A DNA stretch of 64,000 bases from Spirochaetia bacterium. Lineage in GTDB: Bacteria; Spirochaetota; Spirochaetia; CADAEX01. Under the pieces are notes generated by a model. The model searched no databases. It was not told the DNA's origin and saw only the letters and a list, made by a program, of their open reading frames with translations. Location of the stretch: contig CAXXHA010000035.1 in the NCBI GenBank assembly GCA_963662265.2, positions 32,001 through 96,000 of the forward strand. The letters run 5' to 3'. Below, piece after piece: positions 50,377-60,801 of this stretch (position 1 is the stretch's first letter; every line of letters starts with the position of its first letter). The position numbers were made by a program, and so were the translations under genes.

Positions 50377-53300
50377 ATGTCAGATGTTAAAACTCTTACA
50401 CTTCTAAAGGTGGATGCCAGGATCGGTATAATAAACAGAGGCGAACCAGCATGCCGGTTTATCAGATCTGTAAAGGAATACAATAATCTTAACAACTTCA
50501 GCCTGAAGAGTATTGCTTTCTACATCAGCAAGGAGGAGGATTCATTATTTGTAAGAAATTCTGATGAGTCATTTCTTCTTGAGAATGATTCAGGCAGTCT
50601 TCTAACAGGAGCGGGGCATTATCTTGATCATGATCTGCTTATAAAAGCGCTTAAAAAAGCTGAATGTGATGCGGTCTGGGTTGGCTGGGGCTTTGTCTCG
50701 GAAGATTCGGTTTTCGCGGAAAAAATCGAAGAAGAGGGACTTGTTTTCCTGGGTCCTTCAAGCAGATCTATGCAGCTGCTCGGGGATAAAATTACTGCGA
50801 AGGAGCTTGCTGAAAAAAGTGATGTGCCTGTACTTCCATGGAGCAGAAAACCTGTATCATCACTTGAAGAGGCGGAAGAGATTGCTGATAAGATAGGCTA
50901 CCCTGTAATTATAAAAGCTTCAAACGCGGGAGGGGGCAGGGGGATCCGGGTTGTTGAAAACCGCGATCAGCTCGCCTCCCAGTACAAATCTGCTCTTGAT
51001 GAAACTATCCGGATAACAGGAAACGATATACTTTTTATTGAATGCTTTGTTGAAAAGGGGCGGCACCTTGAAGTTCAGGTAATAGCTGATTTTCACGGCA
51101 ATATCAATACTCTCGGGGTCAGGGACTGTTCTGTGCAGAGGAATAACCAGAAGATTATCGAGGAAACTCCCCCCCCTCTTTTATCAGAAGATATTATTTC
51201 GGAAATGGAAAAAGCATCCTGCAGGCTCATGGAGATTTCAGAGTATGCGGGAGCAGGTACGGTTGAGTATCTGTATGATCTTGACAGGGAACAGTTTTAC
51301 TTCATGGAAGTCAATACAAGGCTCCAGGTTGAACATCCGATAACTGAAATCCTTTACGGTTTCGACCTTGTCAAAGGGCAGATCGATGTGGCAATGGGTA
51401 AGAAGGTTGTTGTCGGAAAGGAGAAATCCGCAGGTGCTGTTATCGAGGTGAGACTTAATGCTGAAGATCCATATTCCGGTTTTACGCCGGCTCCGGGAGA
51501 TGTTCTTCTTTTTGTTCCCCCTGCGGGTCCCGGTATCAGGGTAGATTCGGGAATTGACCAGAGCAGCAGTATTCCTTCTGATTTTGATTCCATGGTTGCC
51601 AAGATAATTGCCTATGGAAAGGACAGGAAAGAAGCTCTTGCAAGAATCAAGCGTGCAGTGGAAGAGCTCAGGGTTAAAATTAAAAACGGAACTACAAACA
51701 GGTCTTTTGTCATTGATCTTCTGAATAATGAACAGATTATTAAAGGGGGAATCCACACAGGCTTTGTAAAGGAATTCATAGAAGAGGACTCGGTAAGCAG
51801 GAGTTTCTCGGAAGAGGAAGCTGCCCTTCTTGCGTCTGCCGCTGAGATTTATCTTCGTAACCAGAAGAATGATATAGAAAATTTTAAAAACCAGATAACA
51901 GGCTCCGGGACTCCCAGGTCTGTATCCTCTGCGACAGGGGAAAAAATTGACCTTTCGTATAAAGGCTGCAGCTATGAATTTTTTGTAAAATACTCAGGGA
52001 ACAGCTATTATCATATAAACTACCTTGGTGATAATCTCGTTTTCAGGTACAGGACAAGGGGGGAAGAGTCTGTAATAGAGGTAGGCAATGAAAGGTACAA
52101 CATGATAGTGACTGACAGGGGGGATACCTTCCTCTGTGATATTAACAGCCTTTCAATATCTGTTTCCTATCAGGCAGGAGGGGTCCTGAAGTCCCGTTCT
52201 CCCGCTATTGTCCTTTCCGTGAATACAGAAACAGGCAATACTGTTGAAAAAGGAGATCCTGTTGTTGTTCTTGAAGCAATGAAGATGGAGATGGTTGTAT
52301 CTGCACATGTCTCCGGTTCTGTGAGCAGTATCTATGTCTCTGAAGGGGAACAGATTTCAGCCGGGCAGCCGCTTCTGAGTATTGAAGAAAAGTCAGATGA
52401 TGAAGCATCAGAAGGAGGTCCTGCTGTTCATTTCACTTCAGTGATAAATGAAATCGGGATGAGAGGCAGGTGGGCAGAGAGGGAGCTTTCAGCTTTTTTC
52501 CTGGGATATGATAATGAAAGGGATCCGTCTGATGTCTGGAATGATTTTATAAATCTTTCATATGATGATCAGGAAATGAAAAAAGTTCTCCCTTATACAG
52601 TTCTCAACCTTCTTGATTTCTATATCAGGATTGAAAAGCTTTTTTCATCCGGAGAGGTTAAGTCGGAACTTCTGTCGCGAAATGTAACATATCCAGAGCT
52701 GCTCAGCCATTATTTCAGGATAAATTCAGAAAAAAAGAAAAGCCTCCCGGAAGAATTTCTTGATGATATTGAGAAAGTATCAGAATGTTATGCTTTAAAT
52801 AAATCAGACAATTCCCAGTCTGATTCGGATTTCAGTTTTTTCAATATCTTCAAGTCTCATAAAAACAGAAGAAAGAAGGATCAGATACTCAAACTGCTTC
52901 TTTCCGATATAGACAGGATAGCTTTCAGCGAAAATGAATTGAAAAAGCTATCTGTCCTGCTTGACCGTCTTATTAACCTGTTTCCTTCATCCCCTGTCTG
53001 TGAATATGCTGTAAGCGCAAGATACAATGTTTTTGACAGGCACAGACTCGATTCTGTACTGGAGGAGAGCAGGAGAAAGCTTGAGTCAATCATTGAAAAA
53101 GGCTCAGCCTCATACAGTGTAGCTGAACAGGACCAGGAATTTGTCATAGACAGCGGAAGCTACATATTACCCGAACTTGTCAGCCTGTCCCTGTCAGAGA
53201 ACCGCGGTAAACGGGAGCAGGGTTACAGGCTTGCAGGTCTCCGTTTCAACAGGGACAGGGCAGTTGCCGGAAGCAGGTTTTCCGTTGAAGGAAATACAGA

Positions 53301-55896
53301 TTATTTTTCTGTCGAGGTAAATAAGGGGGAGAGCAGTTTTATATCATATCTTTCAGTACTGAATGAAAAAGATATTGATACTGTTGATCCGGATGCTGCT
53401 CTCTTCTGCTGCGGTGAGAACGGGGGGAGCTCTTCTGAAAATGAGTTAATCCTTCTTGTGAAGTGCGCATCCCCGTGTAAATGCGATTCTGTTTTTGATA
53501 AAATAACCGCTTCTATAAAACCTGCTCATGTAAATTTTTCGATAGGACTTTTTACTGAGAATAATACTTCCCATTTCAGAACATATTTATTTTCCGGAAA
53601 CAGCTGGACAGAAAAACAACAGATGAGAAATTTCAGCCCTCTTCAGTTCAGGGAACTTAAAGTCGGAAGATTTTCAGATTTCAACCTTAAGCTTCTTTAC
53701 AGGAATGAGGGTGTATTTGTAGCTGAAGCAGTATCAGAGCTGAATAATGAAGATGTCAGGCTTGTCTCGTTTGTAGATGTTTCTGAACTCCTCCCTTCAG
53801 GGACAGACAGCCATGAACAGCTCAGGCTTCTTATGTTTGAGGTGTTGTTCAGTGAAGCAGCAAATGCTGTAAGGTCACTTCTTCCCCGGTATAAGAAAAG
53901 GCTTCTGTGGAACAGGATTATAGTTCATAACAGAACACTTCTCGGAATACGTTTCAAGACACTCCAGGAATACGGTTTGAGGATGATGAGGCAGGCCGGG
54001 GATATAGGACTTGAAAAATTTACAGTACTCACAAGGCGGAAGAGGTGGAGTGAAAATTTTGCCAGGGCCGTTGAACTTGATTTTGTTCCGGTTACCGGAA
54101 ACCAGGTGACAATCAGGACAGGGCAGCCTTCGGTCAGGAAAATTGAAACTCTGGACAGTTATACTGCCTCTGTAATTAATTCAAGAAGAAAAAGAACTGT
54201 TTATCCCTATGAGATTATTTCGCTTCTCACGGGAGATGCTTCAGGCGATCTCGGGATAGGAAAGGGAAGTTTTGAAGAATTTGATATTGAATATGATCCA
54301 GCTTCAGATTATCAGAAAGCTGTATCTGTCAAAGGGCGGAAACCTGGCGAAAACAGTTCAAATATTGTATTCGGAATTATTGAAAACAGTCTCTCGGAAA
54401 CAGGAACAACAGTAAGGAGGGTGTTAATCCTCTCAGATGCTACACGCGACATGGGAAGCCTTGCCGAGGAGGAATCGAGACGAGTGGCTGCCGCAATTGA
54501 TCTTGCAGGGGAGGAAAATATTCCTGTTGAATGGGTTCCTGTCTCTTCAGGCGCCAGAATTGACATGAAAAGCGGCACTGAAAACCTGGACTGGACTGCT
54601 GTTGTACTCAGGAAGATTATCGAGTTTACACAGAAAGGGGGCGAGATCAACATAATTGTCTCATCGACAAATGTTGGGGCGCAGTCTTACTGGAATGCCG
54701 AGTCAACAATGCTTATGCATACAAGAGGGATTCTAATAATGACTGACAGCGCATCAATGCTTCTTACAGGGAAGAAGGCCCTTGATTTTTCAGGCAGTGT
54801 TTCAGGTGAAAACAATACCGACATAGGCGGTGCGGAAAAAATCATGAATCCTAACGGGCAGGCCCAGGTCCGGGCAAAGGACCTTTCTGATGCATTCAGA
54901 ATCCTGTTCCGTCATTACCGTTATACCTTTATCTCATCGGAATGGGATTCTCCGCTTCCTCTTGCAACTTCAGATCCTGAAGACAGGGATATTTCTGCCA
55001 GTCCCTACAATGATACTTCCGGACAGGGATTCACCAGGATAGGAGATATTTTTGACTCTGATAAAAATCCTGAAAGGAAAAAACCTTTTGATATGAGGCA
55101 GGTCATGGCTTCTGTTGCTGATTCTGATGCCGGGTACCTTGAAAGGTGGCAGGGTATGCATGATGCTGAAAACTCCATCGTCTGGGAAACCCAGATAGGG
55201 GGTATCCCGGTGGGTATGATCGGGATTGAGAGCAGAAATCTTACAAGGATAGGTGAAATCCCCCATGACGGTCCTGAAAGCTGGAACGGAGGCACTCTCT
55301 ACCCTCTTTCATCAAAGAAAACAGCAAGAGCCCTGAATGCTTTTTCAGGTGTGGCGCCTGTCGTTATTCTGGCAAATTTATCGGGATTTGACGGTTCTCC
55401 CGAATCACTTAAAAAGCTTCAGCTTGAGTACGGCGCAGAAATAGGAAGGGCTGTGGTAAATTTTAAAGGACCTCTGGTATTTATTGTAACTGCCCGCTAT
55501 CACGGAGGAGCATATGTAGTTTTTTCAAAAAAACTGAATCCCTCTCTCACAGTTGCTGCAATTGAAGGTTCCTATGCATCTGTCATAGGGGGCGCGCCTG
55601 CTGCCGCAGTAGTATTTCCACGTAAAGTCATGAAAGACAGCTATGCGGACAGCAGGGTAAAGGATGCTTCTGAAAAACTTGAGAAAAAACTGATCTCTGG
55701 AGCTGAATTTGCTGAGTGCTACAAAAAGGTTTATAATGAAAGGCAGAGGGAGTTGGGAAAAGAATTTGACAGGATCCATTCTGTTGAGAGGGCAAAAGAA
55801 GTAGGCTCAATAGATGACATAGTAAGACCTGAAAAGCTCCGCCCGTATATTATCGGAAGACTTAAAACAGGTATTACTGATCCGGGGCTGATGTGA
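50377..55896 (+). CDS. Single-chain multidomain biotin-dependent acyl-CoA carboxylase (BC-BCCP-central-CT)
   Basis: NRGE, GWGFVSED, GGGRG, RDCSVQR, EVNTRLQVEHP; LEAMKME biotin site; CT motifs SSGARI, LTG, ANLSGFDGS, HGGAYVV. Confidence 0.92.
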   Translation: MSDVKTLTLLKVDARIGIINRGEPACRFIRSVKEYNNLNNFSLKSIAFYISKEEDSLFVRNSDESFLLENDSGSLLTGAGHYLDHDLLIKALKKAECDAVWVGWGFVSEDSVFAEKIEEEGLVFLGPSSRSMQLLGDKITAKELAEKSDVPVLPWSRKPVSSLEEAEEIADKIGYPVIIKASNAGGGRGIRVVENRDQLASQYKSALDETIRITGNDILFIECFVEKGRHLEVQVIADFHGNINTLGVRDCSVQRNNQKIIEETPPPLLSEDIISEMEKASCRLMEISEYAGAGTVEYLYDLDREQFYFMEVNTRLQVEHPITEILYGFDLVKGQIDVAMGKKVVVGKEKSAGAVIEVRLNAEDPYSGFTPAPGDVLLFVPPAGPGIRVDSGIDQSSSIPSDFDSMVAKIIAYGKDRKEALARIKRAVEELRVKIKNGTTNRSFVIDLLNNEQIIKGGIHTGFVKEFIEEDSVSRSFSEEEAALLASAAEIYLRNQKNDIENFKNQITGSGTPRSVSSATGEKIDLSYKGCSYEFFVKYSGNSYYHINYLGDNLVFRYRTRGEESVIEVGNERYNMIVTDRGDTFLCDINSLSISVSYQAGGVLKSRSPAIVLSVNTETGNTVEKGDPVVVLEAMKMEMVVSAHVSGSVSSIYVSEGEQISAGQPLLSIEEKSDDEASEGGPAVHFTSVINEIGMRGRWAERELSAFFLGYDNERDPSDVWNDFINLSYDDQEMKKVLPYTVLNLLDFYIRIEKLFSSGEVKSELLSRNVTYPELLSHYFRINSEKKKSLPEEFLDDIEKVSECYALNKSDNSQSDSDFSFFNIFKSHKNRRKKDQILKLLLSDIDRIAFSENELKKLSVLLDRLINLFPSSPVCEYAVSARYNVFDRHRLDSVLEESRRKLESIIEKGSASYSVAEQDQEFVIDSGSYILPELVSLSLSENRGKREQGYRLAGLRFNRDRAVAGSRFSVEGNTDYFSVEVNKGESSFISYLSVLNEKDIDTVDPDAALFCCGENGGSSSENELILLVKCASPCKCDSVFDKITASIKPAHVNFSIGLFTENNTSHFRTYLFSGNSWTEKQQMRNFSPLQFRELKVGRFSDFNLKLLYRNEGVFVAEAVSELNNEDVRLVSFVDVSELLPSGTDSHEQLRLLMFEVLFSEAANAVRSLLPRYKKRLLWNRIIVHNRTLLGIRFKTLQEYGLRMMRQAGDIGLEKFTVLTRRKRWSENFARAVELDFVPVTGNQVTIRTGQPSVRKIETLDSYTASVINSRRKRTVYPYEIISLLTGDASGDLGIGKGSFEEFDIEYDPASDYQKAVSVKGRKPGENSSNIVFGIIENSLSETGTTVRRVLILSDATRDMGSLAEEESRRVAAAIDLAGEENIPVEWVPVSSGARIDMKSGTENLDWTAVVLRKIIEFTQKGGEINIIVSSTNVGAQSYWNAESTMLMHTRGILIMTDSASMLLTGKKALDFSGSVSGENNTDIGGAEKIMNPNGQAQVRAKDLSDAFRILFRHYRYTFISSEWDSPLPLATSDPEDRDISASPYNDTSGQGFTRIGDIFDSDKNPERKKPFDMRQVMASVADSDAGYLERWQGMHDAENSIVWETQIGGIPVGMIGIESRNLTRIGEIPHDGPESWNGGTLYPLSSKKTARALNAFSGVAPVVILANLSGFDGSPESLKKLQLEYGAEIGRAVVNFKGPLVFIVTARYHGGAYVVFSKKLNPSLTVAAIEGSYASVIGGAPAAAVVFPRKVMKDSYADSRVKDASEKLEKKLISGAEFAECYKKVYNERQRELGKEFDRIHSVERAKEVGSIDDIVRPEKLRPYIIGRLKTGITDPGLM

Positions 55897-55917
55897 AAAA
55901 CATGAAAGGAGTTGAGT

Positions 55918-56355
55918 ATGGTAAAAATCAAAGTTAGAAAACCTGAATTAAAAGTAGGCGACAACATTACTATTCAGAAAAGAGTTACATTAGAAGATAC
56001 TGCCTTGAAGTATGGTACCGGAAAACTTCATAATCTTCTTGCAACCCCCAGTCTTGTAGGACTGATGATTGAGGCTTCTGTAAAACTTATTGATTCCAAA
56101 TTGATTGAAGGTTTTATTTCTGTAGGGAAAAAAGTGTCTGTTACACACGAAAAACCAACAACAATAGGTGAGACAGTAAGTGTGAATGTCGAAATCAAAG
56201 AGATACAGAACAACAGGTATCTTCTTTCCATGAAGGCTTATGATGAATCCGGTGTAATAGGATCAGGCGAACATGTCAGGACTATAGTCAATGAAAGATG
56301 GATGATGCTGAAACTTGAAAAGCAGAAAAAGGCTATAGAGAGCCATGACTTTTAA
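55918..56355 (+). CDS. Hot-dog fold thioesterase (fluoroacetyl-CoA thioesterase FlK-like)
   Basis: LATPSLVGLMIEA, SVG..V.VTH..PT..G, GEHVR. Confidence 0.82.
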   Translation: MVKIKVRKPELKVGDNITIQKRVTLEDTALKYGTGKLHNLLATPSLVGLMIEASVKLIDSKLIEGFISVGKKVSVTHEKPTTIGETVSVNVEIKEIQNNRYLLSMKAYDESGVIGSGEHVRTIVNERWMMLKLEKQKKAIESHDF

Positions 56356-56411
56356 CATAAAAAGGTAATTTCTTTTCCGGGAATATATCCTGGATCTCAA
56401 TAAAAATACTG

Positions 56412-56440
56412 AAGGGCTGTTCAACTGAACAGCCCTTTTT
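56412..56440 (+). terminator. Intrinsic terminator
   Basis: AAGGGCTGTTCA/TGAACAGCCCTT followed by a T-run. Confidence 0.8.
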
Positions 56441-56517
56441 CTGCAGAAAAGACAAATAACAGCAAGTTTAATTTATGTTTATTGACTGCAACTGCATCTG
56501 TAAGTGATAATCTTTAT

Positions 56518-58692
56518 ATGGGCTATGAAAAGAATGTAAAAAAAACTGATAGTTTGAATGAGAAATCGTGGGAGCTTATGGTCAGTGATCCTGAAAAAGC
56601 CTTGTTATTAGCTGATCAGGCATCAGAACTTGCACATTCTGTTGATTATAAAATGGGGATCGCAGGAAGCCTTCTGAATAAGGGGTGGTATTATATTTAT
56701 AAGTCTGAAACTCTGTCAGCTTCCGAAGCTCTCAACAAGGGGCTGAAGATTTGCGAGGATCTGAATACTGCTGATAATAAATACTGTCTTGTAAAAACTC
56801 TCAATGCGCTTGGTGTTGTCTATCAGCTGATTAACCAGTATGACACTTCTCTTGATTATTTTTCCAGATGCCTGAAAATAAGCAGCCAGACTGATAATAA
56901 TGAATATGTTATATCATCTCTGGGCAACATAGGCCTGACATTTCTTGAACTTGGGAAATATGAAGAAGCTCTGCAGCTTTTTGAGCAGGAGAACGGGCTG
57001 ATTGAAGGGACTGAGCTTCATGAGGAGAAATGCAATAACCTGCAGAGCCGCGGAATAGTATATTTAAAGCTTAAAGATTATGAAAAAGCTTTAAGCTTTC
57101 TTAACCAGTCATATGAAATTGCATCAGATATTGATTATAAAGTCGGAAAAGCTTCGGCCCTGATTCAGATGGGAAATGTTTATCTTCAGCTTTCGGAATT
57201 GCAGAAAGCTGAAAATAACTATGTTCTCGGTCTTGAGCTCTCAAGAGAGCTTGATTATAAAATTTCCGAAGTTGAATGCCTTACATCACTGGGAAAATTA
57301 AAATTCAGGCAGAATAAATACAGGGAATCAATTGATTTTCACAAACAGGCACTTTCTTTGAGTAAATCGATTAAATCAAAACTATATGAATATAAAAATT
57401 ACAGGGCAGTATCAGAAGTTCTTGAAAAAACCGGGGATCATGCAGGAGCTCTTGAGAATTTTAAAATGTTCTACAGTATAAAGAATAAATTTTCAGATGA
57501 GGAAACAGAAAAGAGGCTTAAACATATTGCTGTTCAGGGCGAACTTGATAATAAGCAGAAGGAAAATGAAATATTCAGACTTAAGAATGTTGAACTGAAA
57601 GAGGCGTATAACAACATTTCGGTAATCAGCAGGATCGGCCGTGAAATAACAAATTCACTTGATATGGAAACTATTATGCATAAAGTATCTGAAAATGTGA
57701 AAAATCTTATGCCTGCAGATTATTTCGGGATTGCTCTTTATGACAGGGACACTAAAGAGATTGATTTCAGGTATTATGTGGAGGGGCATAAGAGAATTCC
57801 TGACAAGGTGATAAGTCTTGATTCCGGGGAAAGTCTTGCCGCCCGCTGTATAAAAAACAACAGGGATATTTTTATCAATAATGCAAAGAAGGAAGTTCAG
57901 GAAATCCTGCCTGATGGGAAAGTGATGCTGTTGCTGGATGTAAAAACAATGCCTGAGTCAATAATATATATCCCGCTGAGAGTTAAAGACTGTATAATCG
58001 GCGTAATGACTGTGCAGGCTGTTTTGCCCTGTTCCTATACAGAAAAACATCTTGAGATATTGAAGACTCTGGCTTCCTATATTTCCATAGCGCTTGATAA
58101 CTCTAAAATTCACGAAGAACTCAATAAGATGAACAGGCTTCTGAAAGATGAAAAAAATGAGCTGGAAGCAGCCTATGAAAAAATATCATTGCTGGCAAAC
58201 CATGATAATCTGACAGGGCTTCCCAACAGGAAGCTTCTGTATGAGCTTCTGATTAAATGTATTCAGAAGGCTAAGAGGGCAAAGGGAAAAATAGGCTTGC
58301 TGTTTATTGATCTTGACGGGTTTAAAAGGGTAAATGATTCACTTGGCCACGAAGCCGGGGATTCTGTTTTAAGAGAAATCGGGAATGATCTTAAAGATGT
58401 TTTGAGGCTGTCTGATATTGTGGCAAGAATCGGGGGGGATGAATTTATCGTGGTTATTCCTGACCTGAATGATAATTCTGCTGCAGAAAAAATTGCTGAT
58501 AAAATAATTTCAAAGCTTTCCTCCAGGCTTTACATGTCTTTCCATGTCGGGGCAAGTATAGGGATAAGTATTTATCCTGATGATGATACAGAGATCAAGG
58601 GGCTTATTGAAAAAGCTGATATAGCAATGTATTATGTTAAAGGCAAAGAGAAAAACTCCTTTTATTATTATAATGATATAAAAATTACCTGA
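56518..58692 (+). CDS. TPR-GAF-GGDEF diguanylate cyclase
   Basis: Multiple TPRs; GAF; HDNLTGLPNR, DLDGFKRVND, RLSD I-site, GGDEF. Confidence 0.92.
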   Translation: MGYEKNVKKTDSLNEKSWELMVSDPEKALLLADQASELAHSVDYKMGIAGSLLNKGWYYIYKSETLSASEALNKGLKICEDLNTADNKYCLVKTLNALGVVYQLINQYDTSLDYFSRCLKISSQTDNNEYVISSLGNIGLTFLELGKYEEALQLFEQENGLIEGTELHEEKCNNLQSRGIVYLKLKDYEKALSFLNQSYEIASDIDYKVGKASALIQMGNVYLQLSELQKAENNYVLGLELSRELDYKISEVECLTSLGKLKFRQNKYRESIDFHKQALSLSKSIKSKLYEYKNYRAVSEVLEKTGDHAGALENFKMFYSIKNKFSDEETEKRLKHIAVQGELDNKQKENEIFRLKNVELKEAYNNISVISRIGREITNSLDMETIMHKVSENVKNLMPADYFGIALYDRDTKEIDFRYYVEGHKRIPDKVISLDSGESLAARCIKNNRDIFINNAKKEVQEILPDGKVMLLLDVKTMPESIIYIPLRVKDCIIGVMTVQAVLPCSYTEKHLEILKTLASYISIALDNSKIHEELNKMNRLLKDEKNELEAAYEKISLLANHDNLTGLPNRKLLYELLIKCIQKAKRAKGKIGLLFIDLDGFKRVNDSLGHEAGDSVLREIGNDLKDVLRLSDIVARIGGDEFIVVIPDLNDNSAAEKIADKIISKLSSRLYMSFHVGASIGISIYPDDDTEIKGLIEKADIAMYYVKGKEKNSFYYYNDIKIT

Positions 58693-58730
58693 TATCCTGT
58701 AAAAAAAAATGTTATTCTGTTAAGATCTGT

Positions 58731-58781
58731 TTGTGCATGTTTGCGACACATTTATATGCTTTTTGTTGCAAATGTGCTACA
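58731..58781. promoter_or_regulatory. Two activator-binding inverted repeats
   Basis: TTGTGCA-N4-TGCGACA (58731-58748) and TGTTGCA-N4-TGCTACA (58764-58781), 33 bp apart. Confidence 0.55.
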
Positions 58782-58852
58782 ATTGCAAATGCTGTAAATA
58801 GCGAATATTCTTTAAATGTCTATGATACAAGGAATTATTTTTATTTCATAGA

Positions 58853-58868
58853 TGGCACAGAACATGCA
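58853..58868 (+). promoter_or_regulatory. sigma-54 promoter of the NifX/orp cluster
   Basis: TGGCACAGAACATGCA, GG-N10-GC. Confidence 0.7.
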
Positions 58869-58880
58869 TAGTTTTATTGT

Positions 58881-59264
58881 ATGAAAATTGCTGTTACAGT
58901 CTGGGATAAAAGAATTTCACCCGTATTTGATGTTGCCTCAAGAGTAGCTCTGTATGAAACAGCAGACGGAGCATTGCGGAGAGAGGTGGAGCTTGATTTT
59001 TCCGGCATGTCCGGATTTGAGAAAGTTATTGAACTTGCAAAAATAAATACAGGGACAATTATATGCGGAGCAGTATCACGTCCGGTAAGCTGTCTTGCTG
59101 AATCATATGGTATAAAAATATTCAGTTTTATTACCGGAGAAGAGGAAACTGTGATCCAGGCATTTGAAAAAGGGTTAATAGAAGATGACAGGCTGAAAAT
59201 GCCGGGCTGTATCAGAAAAAAAGAAAAATGCTGTAAGGAAAACAGATGCAGCAGAAAGGGGTAG
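58881..59264 (+). CDS. NifB/NifX family protein
   Basis: RISPVFD, IICGAVS, MPGC tail. Confidence 0.85.
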   Translation: MKIAVTVWDKRISPVFDVASRVALYETADGALRREVELDFSGMSGFEKVIELAKINTGTIICGAVSRPVSCLAESYGIKIFSFITGEEETVIQAFEKGLIEDDRLKMPGCIRKKEKCCKENRCSRKG

Positions 59265-59267
59265 GAA

Positions 59268-59627
59268 ATGGTTGTGGCGCTTACTGCTCAGGAAGAATCT
59301 TTTGATTCAGCAGTTGACAGCAGATTCGGAAGAGCTAAAAAGTTTATGATCTATGATATTGAGAAGGGAACATTTTCCTTTATTGATAATAACCAGAATC
59401 TGAATTCGCCTCAGGGTGCGGGAATCCAGAGTGCACAGAATGTAGTGGAGGCCGGAGCCGGAGCTGTGATAACAGGTCACTGCGGACCCAAAGCATTTCA
59501 GGTACTGGAAACAGCAGGGCTTGAAGTCTATCTCGGAGACGGAATGACTTTAAAGGAAGCTGTTGAAAAATTTAAAAATAATGAACTTGATAAAATAAAA
59601 TCTGCCGATGTGGAAGGACATTGGTAG
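59268..59627 (+). CDS. NifB/NifX family protein, orange protein (ORP)-like
   Basis: DSRFGRA, GAGIQSAQ, ITGHCGPKAF, DVEGHW. Confidence 0.87.
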   Translation: MVVALTAQEESFDSAVDSRFGRAKKFMIYDIEKGTFSFIDNNQNLNSPQGAGIQSAQNVVEAGAGAVITGHCGPKAFQVLETAGLEVYLGDGMTLKEAVEKFKNNELDKIKSADVEGHW

Positions 59628-59642
59628 GAGACAGGAGAAATC

Positions 59643-60545
59643 ATGGCAGATAATGTTGAAAAGAGCATAGGATGCAGCCCTGAAGGGTGCGCTTCATGCT
59701 CAAGCAGCACATGCAGTGCAAATGAAAAAAGACCTGGTGAAACAGACCAGCAGTTTGAAGACAGACAGGCAGTCGCAAGACGTCTGAAGAGGATTAAACA
59801 TAAAATTGTTGTTATGTCCGGTAAAGGGGGAGTCGGAAAGAGTACTGTTGCCGTAAATATGGCAGTATCGCTGGCTCTTCAGGGCAAGAAGGTCGGCCTG
59901 ATGGATGTTGATATTCATGGTCCCAGCGTTCCGACAATGCTTAATCTTGAGAATACAACTTTGCAGGGATCTTCTGACGGTATTCTTCCTGTCGCAGTTG
60001 GGGAACTCAAGGTAATGTCTGTAGGATTTCTCCTGAAGGATCCGGGAAATGCTGTTATCTGGAGAGGTCCCATGAAGATGGGGGCAATACAGCAGTTTAT
60101 CAAGGATGTTGACTGGGGAGATCTTGATTACCTTATCATTGATTCACCTCCGGGAACAGGGGATGAACCTTTGTCAGTCTGCCAGCTTATTGATGATCTC
60201 GACGGAGCTGTTATTGTGACAACTCCCCAGAAAGTGTCAGTAACTGATGTTGAAAAATCAATCAGCTTCTGCCGACAGCTTGATCTTCATGTTCTTGGAA
60301 TTGTTGAGAATATGAACGGTTTTGTTTGTCCGGAATGCGGAAAAGTAACACATCTGTTTAAAAACGGCGGAGGTAAAAAACTTGCAGAGGAGCATAACAT
60401 AAACTTCCTCGGTTCAATACCACTTGATCCGAATATCGGGATATCCTGTGACAATGGTACACCTTTTGTACATAAATATGCAAAGAGTGAAACTGCAAAA
60501 ATTGTTGAGAAGATTATAGATCCCATACTTGAACTGTCAGTTTAG
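59643..60545 (+). CDS. Mrp/NBP35 Fe-S carrier ATPase
   Basis: SGKGGVGKST, DVDIHGPS, WRGP, DSPPGTGD, ENM..F.CPEC; Cys-rich N-terminus. Confidence 0.94.
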   Translation: MADNVEKSIGCSPEGCASCSSSTCSANEKRPGETDQQFEDRQAVARRLKRIKHKIVVMSGKGGVGKSTVAVNMAVSLALQGKKVGLMDVDIHGPSVPTMLNLENTTLQGSSDGILPVAVGELKVMSVGFLLKDPGNAVIWRGPMKMGAIQQFIKDVDWGDLDYLIIDSPPGTGDEPLSVCQLIDDLDGAVIVTTPQKVSVTDVEKSISFCRQLDLHVLGIVENMNGFVCPECGKVTHLFKNGGGKKLAEEHNINFLGSIPLDPNIGISCDNGTPFVHKYAKSETAKIVEKIIDPILELSV

Positions 60546-60801
60546 TATTGCTGATTTATTCCGGCATTTTTACCGGATAATCTGACCCCGTTCTGTTTCT
60601 GAAAAAGGCGCGGGGTTGGAGAATTATAGTTTTTCACTTTTTTTGAGCAGATGTATTAAACTATTGTTCATAATTATGGCCAGGTTTCATCACTGCTCAT
60701 TGAAATAAAAAATACGGTTTCACCGGATTCCGGTTAAGAGCTGTAACAAACAAATAAAGATCTGATTTTATTCAGAAAAATATTTACCAGGAGTAATAAT
60801 T

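Noticed and set aside
50070-58711. ATCCTGTAAA(G/A)AAAAATG at 50070 and 58694 as boundaries of a second island
   Set aside because: 18 bp, A-rich, one mismatch, and the left copy lies inside the first island; plausible by chance
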